NCBI GenBank assembly: GCA_963828705.1 | Contig: CAWHGA010000032.1 | Location: forward strand, 7,058 to 71,057 | Direction of reading: 5' to 3' | Source: an uncultured delta proteobacterium | GTDB taxonomy: Bacteria > Desulfobacterota > Syntrophobacteria > Syntrophobacterales > Syntrophobacteraceae | Length of the DNA: 64,000 bases | In this document: piece after piece, positions 1-10,160 of the stretch | Layout: every line of letters begins with the position of its first letter | How positions within the stretch are numbered: the stretch's first letter is position 1 | Made by a program: the position numbers and the translations under genes | The notes under the pieces: model-generated | Told to the model about the DNA's origin: nothing | The model's input: the letters and a program-made list of their open reading frames with translations, nothing else | The model's database searches: none

Positions 1-277
1 GTGACCCGGTGGTCGGCTGTGGCGAACAACCTGCGGAGTGTTCCGATCACAGCGGCCGGTTCAAGGCAGCCAGCGGGCTCTGCTGTTGTCTGTGGTCAGT
101 ATGCGTCCTGAAACACTGGAGCGCAGGGCTCCACCCCTGTAGAGCCCGACAGCTCCGAACGTCTGCGCCGCAGCTGCCAGGAATTTTCGGATGGAGACTA
201 GCTAACACGGGTGGGAACCGCTGACAAGGATCAAACCATAGGTTCGTTGGATGACTGCGTGGACGTGAACCTGGCCA

Positions 278-1465
278 TTGGCTTTGGGAATAAGGCGCCG
301 ACTGATGATGGCTGCATCGATCCCGTCAAATGACGATCGCAAGCTGGCGTGGCTGACGTTGAAACTGCTGCCCGGCTTGGGGAGTCGTTCGCTACTGAGG
401 TTGGTCCGGCACTTTGGTTCACCGGAGGCGGTGCTCGGCGCGAAGGCTGCCGAAATCCACGGAGTGGCCGGACTGAGGCCGCATGCCGTGAAAGCGCTTC
501 TGGATCGCCAACCTTCACGCGATCCAGCGGCCGAGTGGCAGGTGCTTCAAAACCAGGGTTTTGGTCTGGTGTGCCTGGGCGATCCTGAATATCCGGTCAA
601 CCTGGCTGCCATCGCTGATCCCCCTGTGGTGCTCTATGCAGGTGGTTCCCTGGAACCCAGGGATTTAGTGGCTGTTGCCGTGGTCGGTTCGCGAGCGGCG
701 TCATCGCTGGGGATGGCCTTCACCGAAAGACTGAGCGCTGATTTGGCTCAATGCGGGGTGACTGTCGTCAGTGGTCTGGCGGTGGGGATTGACAGCGCGG
801 CTCATCGCGGCGCACTCCGGGCCCGCGGGCGAACCCTGGCGGTGCTTGGCTGTGGGCTGGATCAGGATTACCCGCGGGGCAACAGTGAGCTGCGGCAGCA
901 AATTCGGGATTCAGGAGCGCTGTTGACCGAATTCCCGCTGGGCATGCCGCCGGAAGCGGGTCATTTCCCAGCGCGCAATCGCATCATTAGCGGTTTGGCG
1001 CTGGGAGTTGTGGTGGTGGAAGCGGCCCAGCGCAGCGGCTCTCTGATCACCGCCCGGTTGGCTCTGGAGCAGGGTCGGGAAGTCTTTGCCGTCCCGGGGA
1101 TGGCTCGTCATTACCGCAGCGCTGGTGTTCATCAGCTGCTGCGCCAAGGCGCGAAGCTGGTAGAGACCGCGGAGGATATCCTCGAGGAGATTCGCCCAAT
1201 GATTCAGCGTAGCCCCGCTGCGCAGATTCCAATTGGTGCTTCTCCGGCTATTCCTGGCGGTTGTGCATCGCCGGAGCGTTTTACCGAAGAGGAAGCGAAG
1301 CTGTTGGCGGTTCTGCAGAGGGAGCCGCTTCATATCGATGAATTGGGTCAGGAGCTGCATTGGGCGGCGTCTCGAGTTGCTTCAGTATTGCTTTCATTGG
1401 AACTCAAAGGGGCCGTCCAGCAATTGCCGGGCAAGCATTTTGCCAGTATGCTGCAAGGGTGCTGA
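278..1465 (+). CDS. dprA: DNA-processing protein DprA (Smf family)
   Basis: 395-aa ORF with DprA core motifs (VVSGLAVGIDSAAHRGAL; SGSLITARLALEQGREVFAVPG) and a C-terminal winged-helix-like tail. It lies directly upstream of topA, a common synteny. The exact start is uncertain. Confidence 0.85.
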   Translation: MALGIRRRLMMAASIPSNDDRKLAWLTLKLLPGLGSRSLLRLVRHFGSPEAVLGAKAAEIHGVAGLRPHAVKALLDRQPSRDPAAEWQVLQNQGFGLVCLGDPEYPVNLAAIADPPVVLYAGGSLEPRDLVAVAVVGSRAASSLGMAFTERLSADLAQCGVTVVSGLAVGIDSAAHRGALRARGRTLAVLGCGLDQDYPRGNSELRQQIRDSGALLTEFPLGMPPEAGHFPARNRIISGLALGVVVVEAAQRSGSLITARLALEQGREVFAVPGMARHYRSAGVHQLLRQGAKLVETAEDILEEIRPMIQRSPAAQIPIGASPAIPGGCASPERFTEEEAKLLAVLQREPLHIDELGQELHWAASRVASVLLSLELKGAVQQLPGKHFASMLQGC

Positions 1466-1521
1466 AACCATTGTGATGGTCAAAGGTAGCCGAAGGCGAG
1501 ACGTGTAACAGGATTGGGTTT

Positions 1522-3991
1522 ATGTCAAAGTCGTTGTTGATTGTTGAATCCCCCACCAAAGCCAGGACTCTTTCGCGCTACCTGGGCAAGGATTTCCTGG
1601 TAAAAGCCTCGGTTGGCCATGTCAAAGATCTGCCTAAGAACAAGTTGGGAATTGATCTGGAAAACCAGTTTCAGCCTGAATACCAGGTGATTCGCGGCAA
1701 GAAGACGATTATCAAGGAACTCAGACAGGCGGTTGGCCAGGTGGATGCCGTCTACCTGGGTTCTGACCCGGACCGGGAAGGGGAGGCCATTGCCTGGCAT
1801 ATCTCCGAGGAGATTGAAGCTCAGGGCAAACCGGTCCATCGCGTGCTTTTCCATGAGCTGACCAAAAAGGCCATACAAGATGCCCTGGCCCATCCGCGGG
1901 ACCTGAACCGGTCGCTGTTTGAGGCGCAGCAGTCACGGCGCGTTTTAGACCGGCTGGTCGGTTACCTGATTTCACCGTTGCTCTGGAAAAAGGTAAAACC
2001 GGGGTTGAGTGCTGGGCGGGTGCAGTCGGTGGCTTTGCGCCTGATATGCGAGCGGGAACGGGAAATCCATCGATTTGAACCGGAAGAGTTTTGGAGCATC
2101 ACCACGCGGTTGAGTACGCGGTCTGTTGCGGATCCGTGCGAGGAAACTGGTCAACTGCCGCCGGACGCCTTCGATGCGCGTCTGTGGCGCTGCCAGAAGC
2201 ACAAATGCAAGGTGACCAATCAGGAGCAGGCGCAAAGCATCGTCGAAGCCTTGCGCTCCAGCGCCTTCCAGATAGCCAAGGTGGAGCGCAAGACCCAGCG
2301 CCGTCATCCAGTTCCGCCTTTCATCACCAGCACGCTGCAGCAAGAAGCCGCTCGCAGGCTACGCTATACCGCCAAACGGACCATGGCTATTGCCCAGCAG
2401 TTATACGAAGGGGTGGATCTCGGTAAAGAAGGAGCCGTGGGTTTGATCACCTATATGCGGACCGATTCCACCCGGCTCTCCGACGAGTCCATCGAGGCGG
2501 TGCGCGGCTACATCGGTGAGACTTGGGGCAAACAATATCTGCCTGGGAAGCCGAATTTTTTCAAGAACCGCAAAAATGTCCAGGATGCACACGAGGCCAT
2601 TCGCCCCACCGATGTGAACCGCAAACCCGAAGCTGTAGCGCGGTATCTGACCAAGGAGCAACTGGCGCTCTACACGCTCATCTGGAAACGCTTTGTGGCC
2701 TGCCAGATGGCGCCGGCTTTGATTGACCAAACCACGGTGGATGTGGTTGCCGGCGCCTACACCTTGCGAGCCACGGGTTCTGTGGTGCAGTTCCCCGGGT
2801 TTCTGGTGCTCTATGAAGAAACCCGCGAGAATGGTGAAAATGGTAAAGAAGCTGAAGGGTTTCTGCCCGACCTCAAGGAAGGGCAGGTCCTGACCTTGCT
2901 CGGTATTGTTCCCAAACAGCATTTCACCCAACCCCCGGCACGCTTCAGCGAAGCCAGTCTCATCAAGGAATTGGAAGAGCGCGGCATTGGCCGGCCCAGT
3001 ACCTACGCTTCCATTCTTTCCACCATCGTCGATAAGGAATATGTCACTCAGGACAAGCAGCGCCTGGGTCCCACCGAATTGGGTTTCATCATCAACGATC
3101 TGCTGGTGGATCACTTTCCCAATATCGTCAACGCTGAGTTCACCGCCAAGATGGAAGAGAGCCTGGATGGTATCGAGGTGGGTCAGCAATCCTATCTGCA
3201 GCTTCTGGAGGAGTTCTATCAGCAGTTTGCCGTGACCCTCGAAGCGGCCAAGGTAAACATGCGAAACATCAAGAGCGTGGGACTGGCGACCGATCTGGAC
3301 TGCCCCAAGTGTCAGCGTCAGCTGCACGTCCGCTGGAGTCGCAATGGGCCATTTGTCTCCTGTTCCGCCTATCCAGAATGTGATTTTGCTTCTGACTATG
3401 AGCGCGATGACAAGGGGCAAATCCGCTTGTTGAGAACCTCTGTCGAAGCCGAAGAGTGCGACAAATGCGGTCGCGCCATGGTGCTGAAGCGTGGCCGCTA
3501 CGGGTCCTTTTTGGCCTGCAGTGGTTATCCCGACTGCAAGAATACCCGTCCGCTGCCGGGTACAGAAGCCAAACCCGCGGGCGGTGCATCACCGCAGACG
3601 ACGGATCAGACCTGTGATAAGTGCGGGGGGCGGTTTCTTGTCAAACAAAGCCGTTTTGGCATTCCCTTCCTGGCCTGTGAGAAATATCCGAAATTGTAAG
3701 AACACCCGGCCGATTACTACCGGTGTTCCGTGCCCGACCAAAGACTGCGATGGCGAATTGATCGAGCGGGCGACCAAGAAGGGTCGCCGCTTTTTCGGCT
3801 GCGGCCGCTATCCGACATGCCGCACCGCGTTCTGGGATCAGCCCGTGCGGGAATCGTGCCCGCAGTGCGGATCGCCGGCGATGCTGCAGAAATTCAGCAA
3901 GCGAAGTGGTCCGAAACTGGTTTGTCCGAATCCGGACTGCAAATACCAGCAGGCCATGGAACAACCGCCTGACGCAGCCCCGACTGAGTAA
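1522..3991 (+). CDS. topA: DNA topoisomerase I; reading frame broken once (+1) at the AAA run 3691-3693
   Basis: ORF 1522..3699 starts with a Toprim motif (LLIVESPTKARTL), carries the type IA core and C4 zinc ribbons, and ends ...ACEKYPKL*. The next frame (ORF 3491..3991) continues NCKNTRPITTG..., mirroring the preceding ribbon ACSGYPDCKNTRP. Removing one A restores EKYPNCKNTRP. Confidence 0.9.
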
Positions 3992-4164
3992 CCGTTTGCC
4001 ACAGAGCAGCAGGAGCAAGCTATTATAGATGAACAGGTACCGTCCACTGATTCAAACTTGCCTGGTGGCCTCCATCAACTCTCTGATGGTGCCTTGCACC
4101 TGACGTTATGTTCCTCGAAATGTTGCGACCGGTGCGATGGGCTTGCAGGGCTACAAACCTGGAC

Positions 4165-4307
4165 ATGGATGGACACGGATAAAGGCGACACGGATGAGCA
4201 CCTCAGAGATCGAATGCTGAATCGATTATCACCTTCCGCGGTTTTCTCGACCCCCTCTCTGATTGTGATTCCATCAAGAACCATCCGTGTTTTCCGTGTG
4301 ATCCGTA
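4165..4307. repeat. Imperfect inverted repeat built from ACACGGAT / ATCCGTGT units (small REP/MITE-like element)
   Basis: Left arm is atggatggacacggataaaggcgacacggatga (4165-4197). Right arm is ccatccgtgttttccgtgtgatccgta (4281-4307), roughly its reverse complement. The element is intergenic between topA and pilD. Confidence 0.35.
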
Positions 4308-4424
4308 GCTGGTCCTAACGCTGCTGTGTGGTTTTGGTCGCGGCCGGATAGCCGCGCTGCACTCTCGGTGGCAAATGGTAGCGAGACTGATGCATAATGA
4401 CAGGTGTTCCCAAGGAGGGTGGTG

Positions 4425-5216
4425 GTGATCGATCCTGCTGAATACGTGGTTTTCTGGCAAATCGTGATGTTTGTTTTTGGGTGCTGTCTCGGCAGTTTCT
4501 TCAATGTGGTCATCTATCGTCTACCCCATGGCAATTCCATTGTCTCCCCGGGGTCCCATTGTCCCCAGTGCCAGGTAGCCATCCCCGCCTTTGACAACAT
4601 TCCGTTGCTGAGTTACTTGCTGCTGCGAGGTCGTTGTCGCAGCTGCGGGCTACGCATTTCCTGGCGTTACCCATTGATCGAATTGCTGGCCGGAGTGATG
4701 GTCCTGCTGCTGTTCCGCCGTTATGGCTGGCAGGGGCAGTTCTTTGTCGAGCTGTTCTTCAGCAGTTGCCTCCTGGTGGTTTTTTTCATTGACCTGGACA
4801 CCTACCTGATTCCAGACGTTATCTCTCTGCCGGGAATTGTCGTTGGGTTTGCCGCCTCCCTCTTTCTGACACCCCGCCTAACCTGGCTCGATTCGTTGGC
4901 GGGGATCCTGTTGGGCGGCGGGCTTTTCTATGCCATTGCTCTCGGCTACAAGTGGTTTCGAGGTCAGGAAGGGCTGGGCGGGGGCGATATCAAACTGCTT
5001 GCCATGATTGGGGCTTTCCTTGGTTGGACCGGGGTCGTCTTTACCATCTTGTTGAGTTCCGTGACCGGGGCGGCGGTAGGTCTTGTTGCGATGCGCCGCA
5101 GCCAGAAGGGACTTTCCACCATGCTGCCCTTTGGCCCTTTTCTGGTGCTGGGAGCCATATGCTATTTGTTCTGGGGGGAGGCCTTCTTGAGTTGGTATTG
5201 GGGAATCGCATCGTAA
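4425..5216 (+). CDS. pilD: Type IV prepilin leader peptidase / N-methyltransferase (peptidase A24, PilD family)
   Basis: Motifs CLGSFFNVVIYRLP and CPQC...CRSC (zinc-binding), plus GGGDIKLLAMIGAFLGW. A strong SD (AAGGAGG, 4411-4417) favours a GTG start at 4422/4425 over the ORF-track start at 4404. Confidence 0.85.
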   Translation: MIDPAEYVVFWQIVMFVFGCCLGSFFNVVIYRLPHGNSIVSPGSHCPQCQVAIPAFDNIPLLSYLLLRGRCRSCGLRISWRYPLIELLAGVMVLLLFRRYGWQGQFFVELFFSSCLLVVFFIDLDTYLIPDVISLPGIVVGFAASLFLTPRLTWLDSLAGILLGGGLFYAIALGYKWFRGQEGLGGGDIKLLAMIGAFLGWTGVVFTILLSSVTGAAVGLVAMRRSQKGLSTMLPFGPFLVLGAICYLFWGEAFLSWYWGIAS

Positions 5217-5389
5217 CCATTCATTTTTCTTTAATGGACCTGCCGCTTATGCCGAAGGAGTGATCACTTGCCATTAGTATTGTGAATGGAGTCGAGTGAG
5301 CGCCGGGCAACGGGATGGTGGGGGATAAGTTGCCGGATGGTTTGGCGCGGGCAAACGGATTATCATGAATCTGGTGGCGTTGCTTAAGA

Positions 5390-6193
5390 ATGACACAGAA
5401 GCGTTTGTTCCACGACGAACCCATTGTGGACAAGGATGAAATCCTGGTGCGTGGTTCCGCTGCACATCACCTGACGACCGTTCTTCGGGTCAAACGAGGC
5501 GAGCGGATCGAAGTCCGTGACGGTCTGGGTTCGGCTTGGTTGGGAGAGGTGTCAGGGCTGGGCACCGATGGGGTTACGGTTCGAAGGTTGCACCAGCAAA
5601 GCCTGATGCAGGAATCTCCGCTGAGCTTGACCCTGGCGCTGGCGTATGCACGTTCGGACCGAATGGAATTGGTTCTGCGTCAGGCTACCGAACTGGGAGT
5701 GACCCGTGTGGTTCCTTTCCGTGCTGCCAGAAGTCAATATGGCTTAAGCGATGTGCAACTGAATCAGCGGACCGTGCGCTGGGAACGCATCGCCCGGGAA
5801 GCACTGCGGCAAAGTGGCCGTACCAGGCTGCCCAGCATCGAACCCATGGCGGATGTGGATACGCTTCTTGCCAACCTGTCGAAATGGGGGTGCATTGGTG
5901 ATGATTGCCTGTGCATACTGGCTTGGGAGGGGGAACGTCAGCAGGGCTTGCTGTCGGTGTGGAAGGATTGCCCGCAGTGTGTCCAGGTGATAGTGGTCGT
6001 AGGTCCTGAGGGGGGATTTACCCCGCGGGAGGCGGAGCTTTTCCGTACGTCTCGGTTTCGCTCGGTGTCTTTGGGACCGCGCACTTTGCGCCTGGAAACT
6101 GCGGCAACGGCACTGCTCGCCACAACCCAGCTGCTGTGGGGAGACTTGTCAAAGCAAATCACCGACTCACGTGCTGATCCCAAAAACGCATGA
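5390..6193 (+). CDS. rsmE: 16S rRNA (uracil1498-N3)-methyltransferase RsmE
   Basis: 267-aa ORF with a PUA-like N-terminus (HHLTTVLRVKRGERIEVRDG) and a SPOUT C-terminus (VVVGPEGGFTPREAELF ... SLGPRTLRLETAA). Confidence 0.85.
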   Translation: MTQKRLFHDEPIVDKDEILVRGSAAHHLTTVLRVKRGERIEVRDGLGSAWLGEVSGLGTDGVTVRRLHQQSLMQESPLSLTLALAYARSDRMELVLRQATELGVTRVVPFRAARSQYGLSDVQLNQRTVRWERIAREALRQSGRTRLPSIEPMADVDTLLANLSKWGCIGDDCLCILAWEGERQQGLLSVWKDCPQCVQVIVVVGPEGGFTPREAELFRTSRFRSVSLGPRTLRLETAATALLATTQLLWGDLSKQITDSRADPKNA

Positions 6194-6335
6194 CAAGCTA
6201 TCAAAGATGAATTATAATCGTAACTTAAAATAGAGAGCAGGTGTTTGGAATGACCAATGTCGGAGCGTCGCATGTCATGCAGTCTCTCACCTCTGCGCCC
6301 GGCACATTTGATCTTCCTTCATAAGGAGTGGGCTC

Positions 6336-7070
6336 ATGAAGTGTGTAAAATGCGGCTACATCAGTTTTGATCATCTTGCGGTGTGCAAGAAATGCGGTGT
6401 CAACCTAAATCAAGCCCGGTCAGGTTTGGGCTTTGCTGATTCGAAGCCCGAACCACCCTCATATCTCAGAGCGTTGGTGGACGAAGGCGGTCCCGCCGGG
6501 TCAGAAGCCGCCGGACGACGGCCAGGCTCAGTTGGGGATGCCGCTATGCAGATCAAACAGGCGGTGGCTGAGGCGCCTACGGTTCAGTTCGATTCCATGG
6601 GCGATCCGCAAACAGCTCAAGCTGCCGCAACCGTAGCCAAAACCCACGATGTGTGGGCGGCGGACTCGAAGTGGTTGGGCATGGATGCTGCTACCCACAA
6701 GTCCATTGCGGGGGACATGCCCGATGTGGACGACCTGATTTTGGAACTGGTGGATGATGAGCCGCCGGCTCGCGCCCACGTTGGTGATGTCTCCGGGCAG
6801 ACCGATTCGGACAAGGATAGATATTCCTTGGACTTCGATGCAGAAGAGTCGTTGGACGATCTGGCGTTGGATGACTTTTCCCACGGGCCTGATGGTCTGC
6901 ACCTTGCCGAACCCATCTCCGACCTGGATTCGTTCGCCAAACCGGTGACCAAACCTGCAGAACCGTCCTCGGAATTGGAAGATGACCTGGATGACTTGGT
7001 GCTGGAATTGGGTGATGACAATCTGGACCTTGCCGATCTGGAGTTGGGTGAGGCGCCGGCAAACCGGTAG
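6336..7070 (+). CDS. Hypothetical protein: N-terminal zinc ribbon and a long acidic low-complexity tail
   Basis: MKCVKCGYISFDHLAVCKKCG (CxxC...CxxC), followed by a D/E-rich region with a repeated DDL(I/V)LEL(V/G)DD motif. No family recognised. Confidence 0.5.
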   Translation: MKCVKCGYISFDHLAVCKKCGVNLNQARSGLGFADSKPEPPSYLRALVDEGGPAGSEAAGRRPGSVGDAAMQIKQAVAEAPTVQFDSMGDPQTAQAAATVAKTHDVWAADSKWLGMDAATHKSIAGDMPDVDDLILELVDDEPPARAHVGDVSGQTDSDKDRYSLDFDAEESLDDLALDDFSHGPDGLHLAEPISDLDSFAKPVTKPAEPSSELEDDLDDLVLELGDDNLDLADLELGEAPANR

Positions 7071-7132
7071 CACCTCGAGATCGACAGATGTTCCAGAAAA
7101 CCGTCCGCAAGGCGGTAATATAGAGAAAGTCC

Positions 7133-7161
7133 TTGACAGGGTTGTGATTCTTCTGTAGGTT
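7133..7161 (+). promoter_or_regulatory. Sigma70-like promoter for tRNA-Phe
   Basis: TTGACA (7133-7138), 17-nt spacer, TAGGTT (7156-7161). The tRNA begins at 7174. Confidence 0.4.
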
Positions 7162-7173
7162 GCGCCCGTTCGT

Positions 7174-7249
7174 GGCGAGGTAGCTCAGTCGGTAGAGCAG
7201 TGGACTGAAAATCCTCGTGTCCGGTGTTCGATTCACCGCCTCGCCACCA
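7174..7249 (+). tRNA. tRNA-Phe (anticodon GAA), CCA encoded
   Basis: Hand-folded cloverleaf: acceptor GGCGAGG/CCTCGCC, D arm GCTC-AGTCGGTA-GAGC, anticodon loop CTGAAAA, T arm CGGTG-TTCGATT-CACCG, discriminator A plus CCA. There is one T-T mismatch in the anticodon stem. Confidence 0.93.
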
Positions 7250-7303
7250 CTTTAAAGACCCTGGAAATGAAGGACTTATCCAGTCCCAAGGGTTCCAAGC
7301 AAA

Positions 7304-7328
7304 AGCCCGCCAAAAGCGGGCTTTTTTT
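7304..7328 (+). terminator. Rho-independent terminator downstream of tRNA-Phe
   Basis: Stem AGCCCGC / GCGGGCT with a 5-nt loop, followed by T7 (7322-7328). Confidence 0.7.
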
Positions 7329-7372
7329 GGTTTGATCCCAGCACCGGAGAATCGCTGCCTGAATCCACGATC

Positions 7373-8485
7373 ATGAAACCCATCCTTATCAACCGACGTA
7401 CCCTCATCGTCGAAGGCTTGTTGCGTTGGTTTGCGGCCAACCAGCGCTCCCTACCCTGGCGCCAGCGCTATTTACCCTACGAAATCTGGATTTCAGAAGT
7501 AATGCTTCAACAGACCCAGACGAAAACCGTCCTCCCGTACTATCAGTGCTGGATGGAGCGTTTTCCCGATGTGCGGAGTATTGCCGAGGCGTCGGAGCAG
7601 GAGGTGCTCAAATACTGGGAGGGGATGGGCTACTATTTGCGGGCCAGGAATATCCTGCGAGCGGCAAGGATTCTTGTAGATCAGTATGGCGGCAATGTCC
7701 CGGATGATTACCAGGCGATCTGCAGGCTACCCGGAATTGGACGTTACACTGCGGCGGCCATTATGAGTCTGGCTTTCAATCGCGATTACGGCGTTGTGGA
7801 CGGCAATGTCGAGCGGGTCTTTGCGCGCTTGTTCAACCTCGATGAACCTGTTAAGAGCAAAGAGAGCCAGGGCTTCATTCGAGAGATGGTACAGCGGTTG
7901 ATGCCCCAAGGACGGGCCAGGGACTACAACCAGGCCATCATGGAGTTGGGGGCCGTCATTTGTGTGCCCAGAAGGCCTGTTTGCCGAGACTGCCCCCTGA
8001 TGGATTGTTGCGACAGCAATCGGCTTGGGATTGTCAGCCAACGCCCAGTACCGGGTGTCAAAAAGGCTACGGTGCCGATTAAGGTGGTCCTTGGGGTCCT
8101 GGTTCATGACGGGCAGGTGCTCATTCAAAAACGTCCGGACACTGGTCTGATGGCCGGCCTTTGGGAGTTCCCCGGGGGTAAGCTGGAAAGCGGTGAAACT
8201 CCCCAACAGGCACTCAAGCGAGAATTCCTGGAAGAGCTGGGTCTACCGGTCGATCCGGTCCGGAAACTGGCTGTGATCAAGCATCAGTACACATCCTTTC
8301 GGGTCGAACTGCACTGCTTTCTGTGCCGCTTTTCCCATCGGCCCCGGTCCATACGGCTCAATGCCGCTGTTCAATCCCGCTGGGTGAGCCCGGATGAACT
8401 CCAGCAGTACCCCTTTCCTGCGGCCAACCGCAAACTGATCACCATGTTGGCCGAAATACCCGGATCCCGGGACTTCTGGGCATAA
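7373..8485 (+). CDS. mutY: A/G-specific adenine DNA glycosylase MutY (HhH-GPD, 4Fe-4S cluster loop, C-terminal NUDIX-like domain)
   Basis: Motifs WISEVMLQQTQ and LPGIGRYTAAAI, the Cys cluster CVPRRPVCRDCPLMDCC, and a C-terminal MutT-like domain (GLWEFPGGKLESGE). Confidence 0.9.
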   Translation: MKPILINRRTLIVEGLLRWFAANQRSLPWRQRYLPYEIWISEVMLQQTQTKTVLPYYQCWMERFPDVRSIAEASEQEVLKYWEGMGYYLRARNILRAARILVDQYGGNVPDDYQAICRLPGIGRYTAAAIMSLAFNRDYGVVDGNVERVFARLFNLDEPVKSKESQGFIREMVQRLMPQGRARDYNQAIMELGAVICVPRRPVCRDCPLMDCCDSNRLGIVSQRPVPGVKKATVPIKVVLGVLVHDGQVLIQKRPDTGLMAGLWEFPGGKLESGETPQQALKREFLEELGLPVDPVRKLAVIKHQYTSFRVELHCFLCRFSHRPRSIRLNAAVQSRWVSPDELQQYPFPAANRKLITMLAEIPGSRDFWA

Positions 8486-8785
8486 GAGACCCGCCCGGCA
8501 TGTTCTTGTCATGCGCCGTGCGCGTCTCAAGCATTGGAATCGGTGATCGGTTACAATCGGTGCAGGGGGCTTCGGTTCAAGCCGCTCGCTTTCCGGGTAC
8601 TTCAAACGGCGGCTGCGCGCCGAGAAGGGTTCCTCATGCTTTCTAGAACCATGGAGACTATGGCAAGAACACGATGCTATCACATCCCGGCGTCATTGAT
8701 TGTCCATAACGCCTTGAGAATACTGGGTTTCAGTCGGCGCTGCAATGCCACAAACGCTGGTGCGACGGGTTCTGCCGCCGCCCGC

Positions 8786-9979
8786 ATGGTTCTGATCGGT
8801 TGGTGGTTGCTGCTCATGACAGCCGGTTGTGCCACACTGCCGCAGGAGACTGATCAGCACTTGCAGTTGCAGGGTTCTGACCATGATTTGCAGATCGGCG
8901 AGATCGTCAATACGAGTTCCGGAGCGGTGATCACTTTTCCCGATCTGCTCAACGAACTTGCGCTGCAACAGGTGGTCTATGTCGGTGAAACTCACAGCAG
9001 CGCAGCCGACCATGAGGTTCAGCGACGCATCTTGGAAGGGCTATACGGACGCAACCGTGACCTGGTGGTGGCCATGGAAATGTTCCCCCGGTCGGTTCAG
9101 CCCTGGCTGGACCGCTGGTCTCGGGGGGAGCTTGGGGAGGTGGAATTCCTCCAGGGGGTCGACTGGGAGCACAACTGGGGCTTTCCGGTGGGGCTCTACC
9201 GGCCTTTATTGGATTATTGCGCTACCAACCACATTCCCATCCTGGGGCTGAACGCTCCCTCGCCCATTGTCAGGGCCATCGCCCAGCGCGGTCTTGGTGG
9301 ACTGGAATCGGAACAACGGGCTCAGGTGGCCGAGGTATTTGACTTCAGCGATGAAAAGCACCGCACCGCCATCCGCGCACAATATGACCGGCATATGGCC
9401 ATGCATGGCGGGGTGGGGAGTTTCGAACGTTTCTATGAAGCCCAGTTGGCCTGGGAAGAAACCATGGCTGAAACTGTGGCTGACCAGTTCATCAGTTGCA
9501 GCCGCCGGAAGCCGCCGCAGATTGTAGTGTTTGCCGGCAATGGCCACGTGGAATACCGATACGGAATCCCGGCCAGGGCCTTTCGTCGTTTTCCGCACGC
9601 CTTCAAGACCGTCGTTCCAGTCCCCTGGAACAGCGCCGAGCGCACCCTGGATCCGGCCTTGGCTGATTATTTCTGGATTACCGATCCCTCGGAAATGTCG
9701 CATGGCCATCGCGGGCGTCTTGGGGTTCGCGTCGAATCATTGGCGGCGGGCAAGGGTGTCCGGATCGCGGCGGTAATGCCCGGTGGACCGGCCGCACAGG
9801 CGGGAATCAAGCCTGGTGACATCTTGGTCAGGATCGATGATACACCGATTTCAGGCCTGGAAGATGTTCACCAAGCGTTGGCATTTCAGCAACCGCGCAT
9901 AAGGGCCAGCCATCGAGTCTTACTCCAACGCGACGGCACCGACGTGCAACTTTCCATAGTGATTCCTAAGGAGCCCTGA
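8786..9979 (+). CDS. ChaN-family (haem-binding/Tiki-like) lipoprotein with C-terminal PDZ domain
   Basis: Internal ATG at 8786 gives MVLIGWWLLLMTAGC, a lipobox-like signal. The ChaN-like region contains VVYVGETHSSAADHEVQRRILEGL. The C-terminus is PDZ-like (GVRIAAVMPGGPAAQAGIKPGDILVRIDD). The upstream 84 codons of the ORF-track entry look non-coding. Confidence 0.7.
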   Translation: MVLIGWWLLLMTAGCATLPQETDQHLQLQGSDHDLQIGEIVNTSSGAVITFPDLLNELALQQVVYVGETHSSAADHEVQRRILEGLYGRNRDLVVAMEMFPRSVQPWLDRWSRGELGEVEFLQGVDWEHNWGFPVGLYRPLLDYCATNHIPILGLNAPSPIVRAIAQRGLGGLESEQRAQVAEVFDFSDEKHRTAIRAQYDRHMAMHGGVGSFERFYEAQLAWEETMAETVADQFISCSRRKPPQIVVFAGNGHVEYRYGIPARAFRRFPHAFKTVVPVPWNSAERTLDPALADYFWITDPSEMSHGHRGRLGVRVESLAAGKGVRIAAVMPGGPAAQAGIKPGDILVRIDDTPISGLEDVHQALAFQQPRIRASHRVLLQRDGTDVQLSIVIPKEP

Positions 9980-10011
9980 CCGCTTCTCCATCTAGCTTTC
10001 TGGAAAAGCCC

Positions 10012-10041
10012 TTGACAGGATATCCTCGGTTTTCTATGGTG
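10012..10041 (+). promoter_or_regulatory. Sigma70-like promoter of the aromatic amino-acid operon leader
   Basis: TTGACA (10012-10017), 18-nt spacer, TATGGT (10036-10041). An SD (AAGGGGAG, 10053-10060) and the leader ATG at 10066 follow. Confidence 0.5.
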
Positions 10042-10065
10042 TTTGGCACGAAAGGGGAGTCACCA

Positions 10066-10134
10066 TGTACGTTGCAACCGGCTTTTATTTTTATTGCGGT
10101 TTTTTGTATGCCACCGGGTGGCCCGCCCTTTGAG
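10066..10134 (+). CDS. 22-codon aromatic-rich leader peptide MYVATGFYFYCGFLYATGWPAL (putative attenuation leader)
   Basis: Hand translation gives 8 of 22 codons as Phe, Tyr or Trp. A good SD sits 6 nt upstream. The ORF lies between the promoter and an intrinsic terminator, immediately upstream of the aro/pheA genes. It is too short for the ORF track. Confidence 0.6.
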
Positions 10135-10160
10135 TCAGCTATGTGACTGAATGCGACCAA

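Noticed and set aside
9-224. 71-aa ORF at the window start, and 231..518 antisense to dprA.
   Set aside because: Cys/Arg-rich and lacking motifs. These are probably non-coding leader DNA upstream of dprA, or an out-of-frame remnant of a gene lying mostly outside the window.
3685-3700. Programmed +1 ribosomal frameshifting in topA.
   Set aside because: No known precedent for topA. At least eight similar single-base breaks occur in unrelated genes, so a sequence error is the simpler explanation. This is kept only as a remote alternative.
8534-8785. N-terminal 84 codons of the ORF-track entry 8534..9979.
   Set aside because: The internal ATG at 8786 yields a lipoprotein-type signal peptide. 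The upstream part has no protein-like character.
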